DNA of 32,000 bases, taken from contig NC_017262.1 in assembly GCF_000175255.2 (NCBI RefSeq), forward strand, positions 1,230,001-1,262,000, given 5' to 3'. The stretch is from Zymomonas mobilis subsp. mobilis ATCC 10988 (GTDB taxonomy: Bacteria; Pseudomonadota; Alphaproteobacteria; Sphingomonadales; Sphingomonadaceae). The position numbers were made by a program, and so were the translations under genes. Below are positions 28,609 to 32,000 of the stretch, one piece after another (position 1 is the stretch's first letter; each line of letters begins with the position of its first letter). Below the pieces are notes generated by a model, which saw only the letters and a list, made by a program, of their open reading frames with translations, did no database searches and had not been told where the DNA came from.

Positions 28609-29008
28609 AACTTTGCTTGTTCCGTTGTGTCATAAAATCAAAAGATTTCAGGACGTTTCGCGAGCCTCGTTTTCTCGCTTGTTGTTTTAACCGATGTCTT
28701 TTCAATATCTGTTTGCACAGATTATCGTGCCAGTATCAATTCAGACACTAGCCCCAACAAAGACCGTCGATGTCGAGGAGATACGAATTATATACAGATT
28801 GCGCGGTATTTCTACAAGAGGAGAATAAAGAATATTGCCGTTTTTACGACGATCTTTTCCCCTTTTACCTTGTTCGGAAAAAGATGTGTTTTTTAATCGT
28901 GAAGGGATCATTCGTTAATCGGGGATTATTTTCGCCCTTTCTATTCTGAATTTCTGCTATGTCGCCTGTAAATTGTGTCTTTCAGGATAATTTGAAGAAA
29001 GAATAGCC

Positions 29009-30337
29009 ATGCTTTGTCGTTCGAAAGGCTTTTTGTCAGGTCATTTTTCTAAAAAACGGACATCCGGTAAGGCTGCTTTTATGTTGGGGCAGTTATGCCT
29101 GTCTGCTTTTTTATTGAGCGGTTGTAATGTGATTAAAAAATATCACAAAGTGGTCGATGAAAAATTTGCAGCCGGTCGCGATGAAAGCGGAGATTCTTCC
29201 AGCGTTTTACAGGGACAATTAACGCCTGTTGATCGACGCCCCTTTATTATTCATGAAATTGCCCAATTCAATCATCCTATGGCGATGAGCTTTTTACCGG
29301 ATGGTACGCTGCTGGTTGCTGAAAAATCAGGACAGCTTAAATTATGGCATCCTGACAATAAAATCGGCGTTATTCGTAATCTGCCTGATGTTGTTAGTAA
29401 TGGCCAAGGTGGCTTGCTTGATATTGCCCCGCATCCCGATTTTGAAAAGAACCACCTTATTTATCTCAGCTGGACAGAATCCGAAAAGCTGTTGAAAGAA
29501 AAAGCCGCGCTTCGGAATGGCGAAAGCGTAGATGATCTATCCGGTGAAGACAAATCAGCTATGGGTGCCGTTATTGGTCGAGCTGAATTGGTTTGTGATA
29601 ACAAGGGCGGGGGGCGTCTCGCAGGCTTGTCCGTTATCTGGAGGCAAGAGCCTAAAACCGAAGGTGACGTCAATTTTGGTGCCAGAATGACTTTTGCACC
29701 GGATAAAAGCCTTTTCATCTCAAGTGGTGACAGATCACAGCCTGCCGCCGCTCAAGATATGAGTATCAATCTCGGGAAGATTGTCAGAATTACTGACATT
29801 GGCCGGATTCCTGCCGATAATCCTTTTAACGGAAGCAGTTTTCTAAAATCCCAGATATGGACTTCAGGACATCGTAATCCTTTAGGTATGGCCTTTTCTC
29901 CTGATGGACGGTTGTGGGAAAATGAAATTGGCCAAAATGGGGGTGATAAACTCAACCTCATCCAAAAGGGGGCTAATTACGGCTGGCCTATCGTAACAGC
30001 GGCAGCCGAACCGTCTTCTTCTACCGCTACCACGCCCACTCATCCTGAATTTACAAAGCCGAAATGGAGTTGGAGCACTAGTCTCGTGCCGTCATCCCTA
30101 CTTTTCTATACAGGAAATCTGTTTCCTGAATGGAAAGGCAATGCTTTTATCGGCGGTCTCGCTAGCCAAATGCTCGTCCGAATGGAGATAAAGGGCGACA
30201 AAGTCCGTGAGGCAGATCGCTGGCCAATGGGGCATCCTGTTCGTGATGTCGCTCAAGGTTCCGATGGCGCTTTGTGGGTTCTGTATGATGACAACAAAGG
30301 CGGAAAGCTCATCCGCTTGGCACCTCCGGGACGGTAA
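29009..30337 (+). CDS. PQQ-dependent sugar/sorbosone dehydrogenase-like beta-propeller, predicted lipoprotein
   Basis: LSAFLLSGC lipobox; HPMAMSFLPDGTLLVAEKSGQL; GQGGLLDIAPHPDF; TSGHRNPLGMAFSPDGRLWENEIG. Confidence 0.88.
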   Translation: MLCRSKGFLSGHFSKKRTSGKAAFMLGQLCLSAFLLSGCNVIKKYHKVVDEKFAAGRDESGDSSSVLQGQLTPVDRRPFIIHEIAQFNHPMAMSFLPDGTLLVAEKSGQLKLWHPDNKIGVIRNLPDVVSNGQGGLLDIAPHPDFEKNHLIYLSWTESEKLLKEKAALRNGESVDDLSGEDKSAMGAVIGRAELVCDNKGGGRLAGLSVIWRQEPKTEGDVNFGARMTFAPDKSLFISSGDRSQPAAAQDMSINLGKIVRITDIGRIPADNPFNGSSFLKSQIWTSGHRNPLGMAFSPDGRLWENEIGQNGGDKLNLIQKGANYGWPIVTAAAEPSSSTATTPTHPEFTKPKWSWSTSLVPSSLLFYTGNLFPEWKGNAFIGGLASQMLVRMEIKGDKVREADRWPMGHPVRDVAQGSDGALWVLYDDNKGGKLIRLAPPGR

Positions 30338-30412
30338 ATTTTGCGTGCGATCGCTATTCCATGATGAATAGGGATTGCTTCGATATTTTTAAAAAATTGG
30401 GAATAAACTCAA

Positions 30413-31240
30413 ATGCTTTCTGCTGATGATAATAACCTGAAACGGATTGCGGATGCCTTGGAACGTCTGGCACCACCGCCAGCCGTATGGGCTGATCCGA
30501 TGGCTTCACCGGCCTATATCTGGCGTGGTCAAAATTTAATCGCTGCCCGTTCTTTCAAACCTTTTCCGCTTGATTGCTTGACCGGAGTAGATAGCCAGAA
30601 AAAAGCTTTGCTCGATAATACCGCAAGGCTGGCTAATCATCTGGCAGCCCATGACGTTTTGCTATGGGGTGCTAGAGGCAGCGGAAAATCAGCCTTATGC
30701 AAATCCGTTGTTGGTGAACTTCAGAAAGAAGGCGCCGACTTAGCTTTGATCGAGGTCGCTGGCGAAAGAGTTGATACGCTACCAGAATTATTTGGCTATA
30801 TTGCTGATCAACCGCGTAGTTTTGTTCTATTCGTTGACGATCTCGGCTTTGAAGAAGGTAGTTCAGCCCCTAGAATCTTACGTTCACTTTTAGAAGGGGG
30901 GGCAGAGGCTCGTCCTGATAACGCGCGGCTTTATGTTACCGCCAATCGTCGTCATATCATTGCGCGCCAAGTACAGGATACTGCAGAATCCTTTACCCGT
31001 GACAGTCTTGATGACCAATTGGCTTTGGCTGATCGTTTTGGCCTTAATTTAGGTTTCCATGTTTGTGACCAGAGCAATTACCTCGAAATGATAAGAGGAT
31101 ATGCAGCGCGCTTCGGTTTAACGTTAGATGAAAACCATGCCTTGTCATGGGTGCGCTCTAGAAGCGGCCTTTCTGGTCGTATGGCATGGCAATATATTAT
31201 TGAAATTGCGGGTGAACAGGGGCGCAATATTACACTTTAA
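30413..31240 (+). CDS. DUF815-family AAA+ ATPase
   Basis: DVLLWGARGSGKSALCKSVV; SFVLFVDDLGFEEG; NARLYVTANRRHI. Confidence 0.88.
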   Translation: MLSADDNNLKRIADALERLAPPPAVWADPMASPAYIWRGQNLIAARSFKPFPLDCLTGVDSQKKALLDNTARLANHLAAHDVLLWGARGSGKSALCKSVVGELQKEGADLALIEVAGERVDTLPELFGYIADQPRSFVLFVDDLGFEEGSSAPRILRSLLEGGAEARPDNARLYVTANRRHIIARQVQDTAESFTRDSLDDQLALADRFGLNLGFHVCDQSNYLEMIRGYAARFGLTLDENHALSWVRSRSGLSGRMAWQYIIEIAGEQGRNITL

Positions 31241-31271
31241 AAGCTGATTTTTATCGGCAGATAATCCTTTG

Positions 31272-31307
31272 AGGAAGGGTATAGATATATCCATATCCTT
31301 CCTTTTT
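31272..31307 (+). terminator. Terminator after the DUF815 gene
   Basis: AGGAAGGGTAT-...-ATATCCTTCCT-TTTT. Confidence 0.8.
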
Positions 31308-31403
31308 GGTATTTTGATGCAATAAAATATTTATTTATGTAATTTTAGTATTTACTTCCCTTTATTAGAGGAATAAATTTTTATTTTTCACGAAGGGGGT
31401 AAT

Positions 31404-32000
31404 ATGAGTGAGGCCAATTTATTTCGTCGCCGCTTAATGCAGATGGCCGTAGGGGGTATTGTTGCTGCACCTTTCGTTCAGAAAAGCGCTCTATCAGCGG
31501 CAACGCCATTATCTTCTAATTCGTCTTTTGAAACGCCGGATAGCCTGCTTGGTGAAATGAGTGACGGCGTTTTTATCAATTATAATGAAAATCCCTTGGG
31601 TCCCTGCGCTAATGCGAGAGAGGCCTTGGCGAAAACAATTCCATTTAGTGGTCGCTATGGGATGAATTTTGCTGAAAATATTTCGAAAATTATCAGTCAG
31701 CAAGAAAATATTCCGGTCGATTATCTCCATTTTTTTGCGGGATCAACGGTTCCCCTTCACGCCGCCGCCATGGCTTTTTCTGATAAAGACCATGCCATTG
31801 CTTATCCGCTTCCTACTTTTGATATTTTTTTCAAAGCGCCGGACGGTAAAAATTTTGCGCCTCTAAAGCCGGTGCCGGTCAATGAGAAGCATCAAATTGA
31901 TGTCGCGGCTATGTTATCTGCGGCACCAGATGCCGGTCTTTACTATATTTGTAATCCAAATAATCCGACCGGTGTTGTTACGCCAATGCGCGACATAGAA
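31404..32000 (+). CDS. HisC-like class I/II aminotransferase with Tat-type signal peptide, 3'-truncated by window edge; missing from the ORF track
   Basis: MSEANLFRRRLMQMAVGGIVAAPFVQKSALSA...INYNENPLGPC...YYICNPNNPTGVV; open to nt 32000. Confidence 0.88.
   Translation, partial: MSEANLFRRRLMQMAVGGIVAAPFVQKSALSAATPLSSNSSFETPDSLLGEMSDGVFINYNENPLGPCANAREALAKTIPFSGRYGMNFAENISKIISQQENIPVDYLHFFAGSTVPLHAAAMAFSDKDHAIAYPLPTFDIFFKAPDGKNFAPLKPVPVNEKHQIDVAAMLSAAPDAGLYYICNPNNPTGVVTPMRDIE

Noticed and set aside
1-32000. CRISPR arrays, IS elements, toxin-antitoxin, restriction or retron-like systems
   Set aside because: No regularly spaced repeats, transposase or defense-protein motifs were found; the window is essentially housekeeping

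Overview
Ordinary-looking chromosomal window from an alphaproteobacterium. Gene content and protein style suggest a sphingomonad, most likely Zymomonas mobilis (inference, no database search done). It runs from the 3' part of the spc/alpha ribosomal operon (rplF partial, rplR, rpsE, rpmD, rplO, secY, adk, rpsM, rpsK, rpoA, rplQ) through tRNA-Ser(GGA), a mitochondrial-type aconitase, an E. coli-fold isocitrate dehydrogenase with an NAD-type cofactor signature, trpC(-), a SulP transporter, a permuted two-piece tmRNA gene (ssrA, -), a CLC-F type fluoride antiporter (-) preceded by a fluoride riboswitch, and a HisKA_2-type histidine kinase (-). The cluster pnp, rpsO, truB, tdk, rbfA, infB, ylxR/ylxQ fusion, nusA, rimP (all -) follows, then a PQQ/sorbosone-type dehydrogenase lipoprotein, a DUF815 ATPase and a 3'-truncated Tat-signal HisC-like aminotransferase. 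No mobile element, CRISPR array or defense cassette is visible. The most rewarding signals are non-coding and absent from the ORF track: (i) the permuted ssrA gene with tag ANDNEVLAVAA, whose coding piece ends in a tandemly duplicated, covarying structure with a shared loop sequence; (ii) the fluoride riboswitch of the CLC-F gene, with a Shine-Dalgarno-sequestering platform and a possible 16-codon leader ORF; (iii) several terminator-like hairpins that subdivide the ribosomal and infB-pnp gene clusters.
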